The notes beneath the pieces were generated by a model. It was not told where the DNA came from, did no database searches, and was given only the letters and a program-made list of their open reading frames with translations. The position numbers and the translations under genes are program-made. Shown in pieces: positions 51,230 through 64,000 of a DNA stretch of 64,000 nucleotides (positions are counted from its first letter, which is position 1; each line of letters opens with the position of its first letter). The DNA is from Haplodiscus bocki (taxonomy: Eukaryota): positions 53,072,001-53,136,000 of the forward strand of contig OZ296650.1 of NCBI GenBank assembly GCA_965655095.1, given 5' to 3'.

Positions 51230-52560
51230 ATGTCATTTCGTCCTACGCCATTTCAACTGCTTGCAAATTCAACCACCGAAAATTCGACCTATTTAATGAA
51301 GTTCAAGGTTATTCGATTTTTCAAGACGTTCGAAAACAACTGAAGTGATTAAAGAATCAAATAAACGTCATCAAAAAGACAGTCTTACGTAACTTCCAAA
51401 GGACATATTGGACAAACTACCATATGCTCCAAACATAAAAATGAGAACTCCGAACTTCACCAGAAAAAATCAGATGCAATTTGCATCTCACTAGGACAAC
51501 AAACTTGAAGGGACTTTGATTTCTTGTCACCGGCTTTGAACATTTTACTAGAGGGTTAGCAAGCCAGTAGTCCAAATGTACTTCCGATCTCACAAGAGAC
51601 AGTGTTTCTTGGATTAAACTGTACAGCCAGTCATGTTAATATTCTGAGACGCATTCCGGGAGGCTGCCAGGCGTCACAACAAAAATCAAAGATCCCTGCA
51701 GCTCTAAAATTGTTTCTCTGAAAAAAATCAAAAACTCACTTATTCAGAAAAGAAAAAAGAATGAAGACAGCAAAATAAAAGACACGAAACACCAAAAATG
51801 ACTATCAACAATTTTCATTTGAATTTTGCTATTGCTCTAAGATATGGCACAGCAATTTCGAACTCATAAGTGCTTCGGATATTTTGCACCTGTTTTTTAA
51901 TTTTTTCGTAACGGGAGCGCCGGGAGCACAATCTTCCGGCAGTTTCTTGAATAATTTTGAAATTCTGCGTTTTCGAATCTTTTTCCTAGTTTCGTAAGAG
52001 CAACCAAATATTGGGCTCTTCTTTTATATTGAATCACTACTTCTTTCGTTTCACAATCGCCGCGGTCGAAGTTGTGATTATGGGTACCTTTTCTTTCGAT
52101 GACACTCTCTTTTTTAGTTTTCAAAATTGCCGGATACTTTAATTTATAATATTTTGTGCAACGCCAATGGATAGTTTAGAGTTGTTTGTCTCTGGTTATA
52201 AAATTGCCCGTTGTCCACTGCAATTTTTCCGCCTCCAGTTGATTTTATAACTTGAGCTAGCATTTTGGAACGTCTGATAGGTGAGGCTTCTGTAAAACTG
52301 AAATTTGATGAGGAGTAGAAGCGGGCTGTGTTCGTTTCCTACTATCGGTGTGTTAATTGCTCTATCCAGTAACTACGAGGCTTTTTAGTCAAACCCTTTT
52401 TGAAATATTACGTTTAAAAAGGATTAATTTTAATATACTTACTGTAATTAATTGTTTACTCGAGAAATGAAGTGGATGAATTTGCGACGGTTGAAATTGT
52501 AAGAGGTTGAAAAAGCACGCGGTCGAATAGGCACGCAGTTGAATGTGTGAACGGTTACAA
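51230..52560 (-). mobile_element. MULE remnant with FLYWCH-type zinc finger
   Basis: From ATG 52263: MLAQVIKSTGGGKIAVDNGQFY../IHWRCTKYYKLKYPAILKT..GTHNH (frameshifted). Inverted ttcaacc/ggttgaa subterminal repeats at both ends. Boundaries approximate. Confidence 0.7.
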
Positions 52561-55500
52561 TGGCATAGGAAAAAATTTCCTTTCACTACCAATAAAATAG
52601 ACGCTAAGATGTTCAGCTCAAGGCTCCCGACAATTGAGACCGACAGGTGGGAACAACACTTTGCAAAGCATTAGAGTCACTACCTTGCACAACATGATGA
52701 AATTATAGATAACTTCCAGCGTGTATACTGCGGAAAACTTTGTGAAGTCTGATACAATCCACTTCCACGCAGGAAAGCTGATCAGCCACTGCAGCATTCA
52801 GGCCAGCATGTGATAGAATCAATGAAGCAATTACAAAAAGCCGGAACCCGCTGAAAGTCGAGATATAGCGTGAAACTGTGAAAAAACTAAGTAGCCAAAA
52901 TTTCGACAAAAACTTCAAAACCAAGACGAGATTCCTTCAAGACTTTCATTGTCACGCAATTCTTCGCATCCAAGTGGCAGCAGGATTGTACTAGCCTCAA
53001 ACAACCGTTAAACAGCTGTTCAATCAGTGGGAAAACTTTTGAAAAAATGAAAACAGAAAATCGAACCTATTGGTATGTATTCTCTCAAACACTTGTCAAA
53101 AAGCGTACGAAAAACCTCTTCAACAATTAACAGTTCACACTGTGTACGGGTGATCCAGGACTGAATCAGGCAGTACAAAACAAAAAAAAATGGCGCTAAG
53201 GTGCTCAGCGCAAGGCTCGCGAAGGTACTCAACCTCTTGATTACATCGCTCATCACATGCTTATGCAATGCCATAGATCATGTGGCAAAATGCGGAGAGA
53301 TTAGGCAGAGAACAACCAATAGAGATATGAGCGGATTTTTATGGTAACTTCTAACAAAATCAAAAATTCAAACAAAACTTAGCTGAAAAGAAAATGTTTT
53401 CATCTCAAAAGTCAGCGCAGGCCAACCGCTGTTTCGCAAATGCCATCCCAGAGCCGCAGCGTTCCAAAACATGACAACTAGTGAAGAAATACGAATCTGT
53501 AGAGATAAATTCTTCGCAAAAAGCCGCGTTTTTTCGATAAGTTTCCTCAGAAAACTCGACACAAAGATTTTTCGCGCAGCCCAAAGGTTGCAAAAACACT
53601 GAGCAGATGCTGAGGGCTATTAGGAGACACACATTAGAGGCAATTTTCCAGGTGATGAGAGTCGCAATAAATTGTCACAAATTATTCGAAAAAAATTGCT
53701 CTATATCTAAAGAGTACCTTGCCCACACCACCTATCTACAACAGAGCATACCCTGAAAAGCTCTAGACTGCTTCTCCAGGCAATATAGTGGGCGCCACGA
53801 AGTCACGTTACTTTCATTGCTTGTTCAACAGTATAAAAAGTCTTTGGAAGAGTCGACAAGTCTTAAAGAAACTTATCTCTTTGACATTTTTCGCACAAAA
53901 TATCTCTCAAATAAATTCGCTCAGAGTCGAAACTTGCATCAAAACCCAGTTGTACACAATGCCTAATTTAGTCCTCAATTCACGTGAAATCCTCACATTC
54001 CATCTGATAACCAGCATTGGGATGCCATACATGGGATATTAGGCAGAGAAGTGGGGCAAAGTAAGACTTGCCCTCTGGAAAAACCTCGGCTTTCAATTGT
54101 TTTCGCCGAAAACTCGCCGGCGAAAAATTTTCGTCAAAGGAAAGTTTCGGCCCCGGTCAATTAAGACATTGCCAATGGAGCTAAGCCAAAAGCAAACGGA
54201 TCCTACGAATGCGTTTGTAGAAAATGAGCGTCAAAGTTAAGAAACGAAGTGGGCAATGGGGAATGTCAAATCTGTTTCTGGAAAAATCAAAACTTTCGGC
54301 TCCTTTTTTGACAAAAACTGGCCAAAAAATGTGACAAAAATTTTAAGGCATGCCGCTTTGCTGAGTCAAAAATCAAAAATTGAAAGTTTTTTCCGCTAAT
54401 AACTCGCAGAAAATTTGGCGGCCAAATTTTCAGAATATGATAGATGAAGAACCCGTCGTAACGTTTATACAAAAATCGGATAAATCCGACCAATGGGTGC
54501 GGACAAAATTATATTTGAAGATATCAAACGCAGAGGCATGTCACGGACGGGAAAAAAACGAAACCATTTTGACGTGTCCTTGTGCGAATAGGCTTCGCTC
54601 CGCTTGCCTAAACACTGCAACTACTTCCAATGAAATTTCCGACAAATTAGAGCTCACTGTAGACTATTGAACATAACCCAATCATCAACCAAAGACTTAA
54701 AATGCACTCATCTCCTCCTATCTTGCTTGCCCCTAAAAAGGCTAACTTATGATTTTTAAAAAAGCAGCTGGAGTAATGGATATAGTATTTTCATGTTTCA
54801 GAAAAAAAATTCGTGGGAGGGGGGGCTTTTGGTGTTTCAGGAAGTTTCTGGTATCAAAAAAATTATACATAAGAGGGGTATCAGGAATTTTTTTGGTCTC
54901 AGTGCCAAAAAAATTCGTACGGGGACCGTCTGGTGTTTAAGTTTTTACTTTCGAAAGACTTTGTGCATTTTTGCTTGTCTCACAGCACCTTTGATGTATG
55001 AGTACTTGCCCCTGCTTGTTTTGGACTCTAATTTCATGCTATAAAATATTATGCCAGGAAAAAAGTTGAAGAAAATTGAAAATTTGTTGTGATCCCAAAA
55101 AATACAAAAAACAAAGTAACTACAAGAGTCGGCGCTTTCATTTTAATGAAAAAGGTGACTCTTGTCACTTTCTTTTTAAGATAACATTTTTTCCTACCTT
55201 TCCTAACTTTTTTCTAGCATAGTAATATAAAGCATGGAAATACAGTCTATTAAAAGCACGGGTAAGAAGTATTCACAAACACCAAAAGGTGCCATCTACA
55301 ATTTTTTCGGCACTTTGAGACAAAATTTTTAATATTCATGATACTCCGGGAAAAAATTAGGGAAAATATCAAAGGAGCCCCCTCACGATTTTCTTCTTCA
55401 CGAAATGTTTTCAACATCTTTTTGTGATAACCCCTCTATGGTTTACTCCAATTTCTAAGAAAACGAAAGTAAAATCTATAGGCGATAATCTTCACTCAAT

Positions 55501-57011
55501 TTATGACGAAGAGGCACTCCGTCAAAACACGTTGAAATTTCGGGGCGGGGTGTGACTTTGAAAAGCCCTGTGAAGACCGTGATTTATCCATACAAGTACT
55601 TTCCAGGTTGATCACGCATCTATTAGGTGAAAAAAAGTCAGAACAATGGCATTTGCCTTTCAAAAATCTAAAAAATTCAATTTTTTTGCTAATAACTCAG
55701 GGAAAACTTCGTTGAGCAAGTAGAAACCCATCACTTCTTGCAATTTGATAGATTGTAAAGCCATCGTAAAGTCGCTCCAACAATCAAAAATACCCGACAA
55801 ATTTCGGTGCCTTCTACGAAAATTTTCGACACTGGGACAAATAATTCGTGCAAGAACTGTCGTTCCATACCAGAACTTTCAGAAACACCGAAGGGCTCGC
55901 TTACAAATTTTTTCGGCACCACGAGACAAACATTTTTCGATATTTCCAAAAACTTCCCCCTATGGTTCACCTGAATTTTCGCGCAGAGCTGATTTTGAGC
56001 TGTTCATCCATAGAAGGGTAAAAAGGGAATATTTTCACTGAAAGCTTCATGTTTCATTATATTTAAAAATGTACCAATTTCAAAAATCTTGCTTGGTTGT
56101 TACCGCAAGCATATTTTTCTTGTCAAAAGAAAACCCTATTGACACTAAATTTTGCTCACTCCCGAATCATAAGGCTGTTGAGGATATAACATATCTTCCA
56201 TGCTGTCGCCATTCACGCCGGTCCATTGGCAGCTTTTTAGCACCTCGAAAAACCACTAACCTGCAGCAAACTTCCGTAATACTTAACAAATTACACGTCA
56301 ACGTTGAAAAATGTGAACATTACGAAGTCTCAACTGTCTCTTCTATAATTAAAAAAGACCCACACTTACATTCTGCGTTTACCACCACGGAAATAACTTA
56401 TTACGGGTGCATGCGTGTACCCCCAGTTTTATCATGGGCAAACCTAGTTACAAGAACTAGTTAAGAATGCCGGTTTTGTGATACCCCATATATGATTTAT
56501 TCAAAATTTCGCGTCCGACAGATGGGCAGCGCTAACCTTGAGCTGTTCTCAACTTGTTTGCTTTCAAGTCTGAAAACGCAGAGGCGTCACCGGACAGGAA
56601 AAGATTAGCTTGAAAATCTTGATGGTGGACAATACGCTTGCCTCCTCTCTCCTCTCTGGATGAAACCGTACCGTGGTTAAATTACGTTGGGTGATATGTC
56701 TCCGTAATGAAGAGTCCTAACACCCTCCACGTGGACAAATGAGCGAGAACGCATGAACAAATTTTAGCAATAAAGCTAGAGCACATGAACCCAATCTGGG
56801 AACATTAGAATCTAAGAACAAATGCGAGTTGTTAACAGATTGGAAAAAAAGTGGCATATGTCTGTGATATAGCACTGGCTTGCACAAGTGTAATAGCATA
56901 TAAACATAACTAACGCGGAGTTAAATTCGGGAGTGAAATATTAGTGAACGTGAAGCTCTTTGAAAATCTGGGAAACAAATTTCTCAAGAAAAATTTATAT
57001 CTTTCACTCAC

Positions 57012-57217
57012 GTTTTTAAGTATCGTTGCATTGCTTGCTGGAAATCTGCGCGTTTGATGCTCCGTAGCCATGTATGAAGCGGGTTGAAATGAAGTAACCA
57101 CGACTCCAATGTAACTTGATACAATCCTTGTCGCATTATACCGCCAGGTTGCAGACCAGGAGGTGAGAACACAGCCAAGATCTCCATCAAAGTCTCCGCC
57201 GTTTCTTTGAAATCTTC
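57012..57217 (-). CDS. UBR3: UBR3 exon (EDFKETAETL..PPGLQPGGIMRQGLY..RADFQQAMQRY)
   Basis: tgtag/GTGAGT, phase 0/2. Resembles the PGGSMQQGMY...RRDVQSAMDRY winged-helix region. Confidence 0.9.
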
Positions 57218-57724
57218 CTACAAACGAAGTGATGAAATCCACATCGTTACATTTTGTTTCATGCTAGCTAATTCAAACTTATGCCAAAAAAGTTGAACCG
57301 TTGACGAAGACACAGGTACCAAGGGTGCTAGGTATCAAAAGGAAGTCACACGAAATCAGAAGTGCCCACTACAAGAATGTAAAAGCTCAAGGCATGAAAC
57401 TGTCTCACTGTAAACCCAAAAACCAATCGGCTTTCTGCAATTCGAATAGTATTGGTACTGAATTTGTACACTTGTACTGGTTTAGTTGTTTAGTATTCAA
57501 ACCAGCCTCCGATTCCTGTGCTCAAAAAGTTGCCTGGGACACGTGATGAAAATTAGGGCCTGTAATAGTCTTTCCACAATACATTGCACCGATTAACACT
57601 TGAACCAAAATTGACACAAGCGCCATCTAATCAGCATTAATTTTATGCATCAATTCATTAGGAAATATGAGTAGATATCATGTCAGAGACCGATTGCAAA
57701 TAGTCGCGAAGAATGAATACTAAC

Positions 57725-58042
57725 TCCGGAGTTAGGTTTGACTGAATTGGGTTTGATCTTTTCCGTTACGATATCCATCAGTTGGCTGTAAGGCTTATCA
57801 GAAACACAGAGCGACGCCATGAGCTCCTCACGGCAGAATTCTTCATCGTCGATTCCCAGAGAAGACCTGCTGTTCACAAGTAGAGCGATGAGCCGCAGCA
57901 CAGATTCAACAACATTCACTTCTATATCTGGCCGAATCCTCAGATTGATGTAATTGGTGTTCACTGTAAACCATGATTTGACAGATTGCATAGTGAGTAA
58001 CCGATCCAGGAAATAATCAGAATCCAAATGACAAGTCGCAAA
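57725..58042 (-). CDS. UBR3: UBR3 exon (FATCHLDSDYFL...LCVSDKPYSQLMDIVTEK..PNSG)
   Basis: tttttag acceptor, GTTAGT donor, phase 0/0. Resembles UBR3 LDPDYF...EMVAQLCMNDRTHSSLLDLIPE. Confidence 0.9.
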
Positions 58043-59416
58043 CTAAAAAAAAATAAAGGAACAACAACGTAAACTAAAAATTGACGAAGTAAATTGACAA
58101 AGTATCAGAAATATCTGGATTAACTTAGCATCTAACGAGAGCCACCGGCGAAGAGGAATAAACCAGCTGGAACTCTGCAGCAGCTCGAATGAAGTAAATA
58201 AAGACGTTCACTTTCTGCTATAGTGATAAAAATAAACGAATCAAAACACGCAAAACAGACCTAATTTGAGAAATCTTATTGACTGATTCAGATAAATACG
58301 CAAACACCATTGCTCCAATTGTGACAAACTCGATTGATTTTGCTTTTACCCAAATTTGAGTGTGTCATAAAAAACTTTCTACTGTACAGTTTTGCCCAAA
58401 ATATCCCCTGAATCCAATATATTGTGATACCCAACCTATTATTAGGTTTATTTGAAAAATAAAAGTTTCTAAATATACAATGTTCAAAATCCTATATGGG
58501 ACTACAAGTAAATTCAGAAATCGTTATTTAAAGAGAATTATACTATTTCAAACTTAGTTTCTGATTCAAAACAGATCAATGGCTTCAAGACACAGGAATT
58601 TTGGACAAAAATTTGCTGAAACCAATCAAAAATTAAAAGAACCTCCAATTTGAGATACTGCAGTATTGACCGTACAAGCTCCAGCTAAAATGATTAGCTA
58701 AACTAGATAAAACTTTCAGTGGGGATATTTTTTGGCAATTCGTAAAAATTTCGTAGATACTCGAATTCGACATTTGTGTTGTGATGAATTTAGTTTCATC
58801 ACAACTGTCCACACGACAGCAAAGCCAGAATTTTCACACCATATTTTGACTAGTCAGTTGAGACTAAAGATCCTGAGAGATATTTGAAACCATGATCAAG
58901 ATGTGATTAAATCTCCACAACAGCTGTCAATCAAAAATCTGTTCAAAATAGTCGAATTGATACAAGTACCGGTCACAGTGTCGCATAATCGAAAAAATGA
59001 TATCTCGTTTTAGGCTACACCACTTTGTCGTCCAAGTTTTAAGACAGCTTTCAACGCGAAAATGAACAATTTATCACCCACACTCAAACTCCAACAGAGG
59101 CGAAGCGGAGCTTCCCAACACTTATGCCAGCGGAATGCTAATTAACAAATGGATCAAGTATATCTGAGTTTTGGAGGGGCCACGCTACTAATACAACTGA
59201 TTGAACGCAAAGTCGAAGCTGGGTTTCGCAACACTTGCATTAACGGAATACAAGTGAACAAATCGACTAATAACTGATTTTTGAAGGGGCCACGATACTA
59301 GGAAAACTACTGATGAAAAGTGTGCAGAAATTCAGTTAATTCTACTACATTTATATACAAGTAGGAAAAGCTATAATATTTCAACCTCTTGATATTTAAA
59401 AAAACACTAATTCTCA

Positions 59417-59600
59417 AGCGACAATGGCCCATTCAGTAGAGCAAGCGACTGCGCCACGGTCGCAGGTTCGAACCTAGGCCACTCCCTGTCCCCTTTGGTC
59501 AAAAACTTGGAACTTGTGTCAGATGACAACGGATCAGGCCACTCTGTCTGCTCTGACCAAAAACTAGGAACATGTGTCAGATGTGAACGGATCGGAAAAC
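59417..59600 (+). mobile_element. tRNA-derived SINE
   Basis: A-box-like tggcccattcagtagagc and B-box GGTTCGAACC (59465-59474); non-tRNA body with a duplicated gtgtcagatg..acggatc motif. Confidence 0.6.
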
Positions 59601-59754
59601 GATTCAATCAGTGCTACAACTCTTGCCTGCAAAAGCTCACAGAATGAACAGAACGAAACAATTCCATAAACCAGCTAATTATTATAGTTTTTATAAAAGT
59701 GTATGAAACGCTACAGCAGTTGATTCACTTTATAAATAAAAATGAACGATTCTC

Positions 59755-59860
59755 GAGCCAAAAGAGCACAGTCGGTGCAGCATGCAACTACCGCGCGACA
59801 GGTCAGAGGTTCGAGCTCCGTGCACATCCCTTTGTTTTGCACAAAGTATCGGAACTTTCG
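59755..59860 (+). mobile_element. Second, diverged tRNA-derived SINE copy
   Basis: B-box-like GGTTCGAGCT (59808-59817) followed by tccctttg...ggaactt, as in the first copy. Confidence 0.5.
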
Positions 59861-62800
59861 ATATTTTGAACAAATGAGGAAAAATTCCGCAGAACCATGC
59901 AGTAAATGACACTTGCATGCGAAAGTCTAACACACAGGATAGGCGGGCTTCTGCAAAGGCAGTAAAACAAAATTTGCAAGTTTTTTGAAAAATCAGAACA
60001 GCACTACCGGAACGAAACTGTAAAACTATGTAGAAAAAATAACATGACCATCGGAAACGAGCTTATCCCTGATTAAAAGAACTAGCCGCCAAAGACAGAT
60101 AGGACTTCGGAAAAATTTCGGTCGGATCATTAAGAAATTCTGTGTGAGGGAGTGCTTGTCGAGACCATTATTCAATCTCCTAAAGAGATTCAATTTCAAG
60201 GGAAAAATCTTCGGGAAATTTCACACAGCTTGCAACTGTCTAAGCATTTGACCGGACACCAGACTGGATTAGAATCGGAAACTTAATCCAACTGAAACCT
60301 GTCCCCTAATTCCTGTTCCATTCTTTGCTCTGTCCCCTTAACTGCTGTGCGCCCGTGCGAAAGATTTCAAAGACTTTTAGGTTTTGTGACTCCCAGCGTT
60401 ACTACAACTCGGCAAGGGCAATTTCCACCTAAAAACATTTTAAAACGAGAGTGAACGCTTCTGCCAAAACTTTTGAGGAATTTGAGTCAAAGTTAAAAAG
60501 CTGGAAGAGACTTGAACCTTTGGCATTACGATATTCAGTGCCTGGTACGTTTATTACTAAGTTAGAATTTCTGTTGAAGTTCAAAATTGAGTGAAGATGA
60601 TGAAAACGGAGGGTTCAAAAAATCTGACAAAAACAAGAGGATTTCAAAAAAAAAAGCATCTCGATATTCGCCACAAAAATTCATGGAAAATTCGTCCCCG
60701 CAATTTTGGAAATATTGTTTTCATGGAATCAATCAAACTATTTTCGTTTTTATCAGGATGTCATAGTAATTTTAAACTTCCCAACAGTTATCAAAAAAAT
60801 GATAGATTCAATTGGACAAAATTTTTTTGAAAAAAAAAACAATTTCAAAGAAGACATTAACTTAAGTATTTTTAATCCCAGAATGGATTGAGAACTTTGT
60901 GTTGTTTTAAATATGTATAAACTTTTCATTCGGTCGCATTTGGAGCCAAATAGGACACTTTATCAAGTTTTTAAAACACAGCGGGGCGAACCTAAAAATT
61001 TTCAAACTTAAGGGAGAACACGAATTTTTTTTCAGCGAGAGCGCATATTTTGCCGTCGGTAAAACACTTCACTTGCTCGCTCGTGTAGACATACAGGCCA
61101 TGCGGAGCCTTGCAGATCCAGAAACCCATGAGAATCCATAACTTCAATAACTTGAAATGAAACAGCATCGCTGTAGGTTACACAAAGAAGTCGAAAAAAA
61201 GTATCACTAAAACTTGTCGACACCTTTTCAATAAACCAAGAATATGTCGGCGATGTAGAAACATATTCTAAGGAGCTAAGTATTACGTCCGCGTCGAGGG
61301 ACTCTTAGAAAATCAGACAGGTGCTCTCACTTTCTGCTTCAAATCGCTGTATCTAAAAGAATTGATATCCAGCCAAAATGTTGATAATAACAAAGTATTT
61401 TCAAAATAAAATGAAGTTCAGACTTTTATGTTCGGAAAAAACTAAGAAAAGTCATTTGACCGCAACCAAGAAAAACTAAGTAAAATAATGAAGCTTCCTC
61501 GTTATGCCTTCAGAAAATATATGTACACCTCAGATTTAGTTTCGAGGATATATGAGTCTAAATTGCCAAAATAACCTGAGAAGCCCGATTTTCAAGTCAC
61601 CTTTTCCAAGACCACATCATACGAAAAATATAGTACACGAGAGAATGCTGTTATTCATTTAGGCCTGCCAGAAAAATGGTCATTTCCAACCTATCTTGAA
61701 GGATGTAAGACTTGAGGTTTCAAAAGAAGTCTTCTAAGGCTCGATTGATTTTTTTTCACAAAAAAAACCAATCGGGAAAAACTCCTGCCGTTTTCATATG
61801 CCACCGAAAAAAAATGATCGTTTCTTGACTTGGATTCTTGGACAGAGGACTAATAGCTTACAGAGTATTTCCGAAAGCGAGAAAATGCTCCATTTTCAGG
61901 CTTCATCCTCAAAAAATCCGCACATTCTTACGACCGCAATCCAAAAAGGTATCTTACACATTCTAGTCCCTAGTTACGCCTATTCACAGCTGAAGGACTT
62001 TCATGACCAATGTGATAAGAAGACAAGATTTGAAAACATAGCCACCCAAGGCGGACAGGAATTCAGAAAATTTTGATTTTCTTCATTTCCTCGCTCTCAC
62101 CGCTACAATCATGCTCCATATCGTCGGTCTTTCCTGCAGTAGCACGCAGCTTTGCTGCCTTTTTGAATAAAAAATTGACTGTTTCAAAGATTCGCACAAA
62201 AGTTCAGGTATAGTGAATGGAGAGAAAAGTTTCTTCAAACCGTTTCCGATTTGGACGCTCCATCCGGTACTATAATGGTCCGTATGGTGCCTCTTATAGT
62301 CCCACTCAGTTTTGCCGCGTTGAAAAAAATACTTCAATTTTTCAAATGTCGCAAAAGTGAAACCCAGTAACACTAAAATTACTCGGTAAAATTAAAACTT
62401 CCCACGTACCGAGAAATTGAAACAAAATTTGTAGATTTTGAGTTTTTTGTGAAGATGTGAATGACTTGTTAAACAAATGGTGCGTTTCCAAAACTTCACA
62501 CACTTTCAATATACCCGAAAGCAAGTCTGAAATAATTGCTCTCACGTTCATGACACTCTCCATGACAACTACTCCAATCTATGACAATTTTGGAGAAACA
62601 GGGGATAATAAACTAGAAGAGAGGATAAGTAGGCAGTAGTACAAACGGGGAAACACTGTGGAGCAAACAGTCAACGGAAAATACCACGATTCTCGAGATT
62701 GAAAAGATTGACCAGAATTCCACAGAATTAGGAAAACTTAGGCGATTGGAAAAGACAACGGCAGTAAAAACCAAGACGACGTCAGACAAGTTTTAATTGA

Positions 62801-64000
62801 TTTTAATTTTAATTTAATTGACAAGCCTGTAAATAATAGTCAAATAAATTAAGATCTCGTTTTTGGAAAATTTTCTTTCTGAAACAGTTCACAAGAAGAC
62901 TATGATGGCTGATGGAAAAACTAACTGGAAATTGGATTCCAAAAAGACTTCCAAAAAATACCTTTACTCTTTATTGACTCATTGACTAAACTGCACCACA
63001 GATTGGTGACTGATGCATTGCGTTCATGAACAAATGTTTTAATTTCGGTTTCACAGGCCATTTTCAGAGGGATCAATGTAGAAAACATCCAGTTTTCAAA
63101 AGTAAGCAAAAAACAAACGGTCATATCTTCCGAAGGAAGACGATTTACACGCTCATATTGAAGCACGAAAATCGCTCATAAAAGGCCGAACTAAACGGGG
63201 AGGCCTAGAATTGCGATTGTGTAGATAAAACTTGATACTTCGAATGTTAAAACTCAGTTTACAGAAATTGCACTGGAAATGAATTGGAGAGGAACGACTT
63301 CCAATGGTCGAATGATTAAACTGCACTCTTTTCTAAACTGAGAGCCGTTTTGTTCCATAATAACAATACTTATTCGTCACATTAAGTTCGCCCACCAATC
63401 CCAAAATCCCTCAGCAACTCTGAAGTTGGAATAACTCAATTATACAAAATTTTTCAGATTCTCCGGAGGTTTGAGAATGCGCGTGGCTCCAAAATACCAA
63501 CCCGCAGTATAAATTAAAAGAGCTTCACATTCTAAATGCGCCGAACATTCCAACATACCATGCCCTCCTTGTTCCATGTTCCAAAGTTAGAAGAAAGTCC
63601 ATTCCCTTCGTTCGCAAAGCTTGGCAAAGGATACGCCTAGGGCAGGATAAAAATAAGAATGGAATTCGCAAACTTTTCAAACACTTCACGTTTTTGGGCT
63701 GTTACCACTACTTTCCACATTCTCTGCTCCCTAAGCCCGATACCCAAGGTGTATTGCTTTGAACCTTTTGTCAATTCTTTCAACCCCACTGCCTCGGAAT
63801 GGCCAAGCATTCGTCCGTAAACTAACCCAATGTTTTCCCCAATTGAACTTTGCCTAACACCATTCCCCGCCCCATGTAATAAATCTTCGGCAGCCGCGTT
63901 ACGAAAAAAGACAAAATTTGATACTTTTTCCGAAGCAATGTTTTCGCGCTACCTGACACTGGCCACATTTCTGCTTGAATTGTACCCGCGATGGTATTGA

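Larger units (their letters stand above)
9828..58042 (-). other. UBR3: UBR3-family N-recognin/RING-H2 E3 ligase gene span (truncated gene or unprocessed pseudogene; extends beyond these limits)
   Basis: At least 12 GT-AG exons translate into peptides colinear with UBR3 (LDSDYF, PGGIMRQG, WPPF, DSWFP, ILSLL, RING-H2). Confidence 0.88.

Noticed and set aside
59417-59490. Functional tRNA gene
   Set aside because: B-box present but no complete cloverleaf; it runs into a repeat body, so SINE is more likely.
58100-64000. Upstream UBR3 exons or a LINE ORF
   Set aside because: No WVRNG-type UBR motif or RT motif could be found by eye; treated as repeat-rich intron.

Overview
AT-rich metazoan genomic DNA with spliceosomal GT-AG introns; the species cannot be fixed from the sequence. 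Homology calls come from recognising motifs by eye; no searches were run. Three layers: (1) 1-9645 is one arm of a decaying Polinton/Maverick (adintovirus-like) element ending in the 5'-AGTAGT terminus. On the minus strand it carries PLA2-like, membrane, A32-like ATPase, integrase, minor capsid, core, major capsid and adenain protease genes. The integrase reconstructs with an N-terminal PHD finger and has no C-terminal chromodomain. (2) A minus-strand, multi-exon UBR3-family E3 ligase gene runs from at least 58042 to 9828. The conserved exons up to and including the RING-H2 are open, and most junctions are phase-compatible. Exons after the RING, and a few in a variable region before it, carry stops or frameshifts. 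The Polinton appears to lie in one of its introns. (3) Intragenic tandem amplifications: six ~2.67-kb units (20395-36418) that capture the 3' part of the last RING exon, and two ~2.4-kb units (12577-17378). Both have 4-bp microhomology junctions. The introns also hold a MULE-type MITE, a FLYWCH/MULE remnant and tRNA-derived SINEs. Most short ORFs in the supplied track are spurious.
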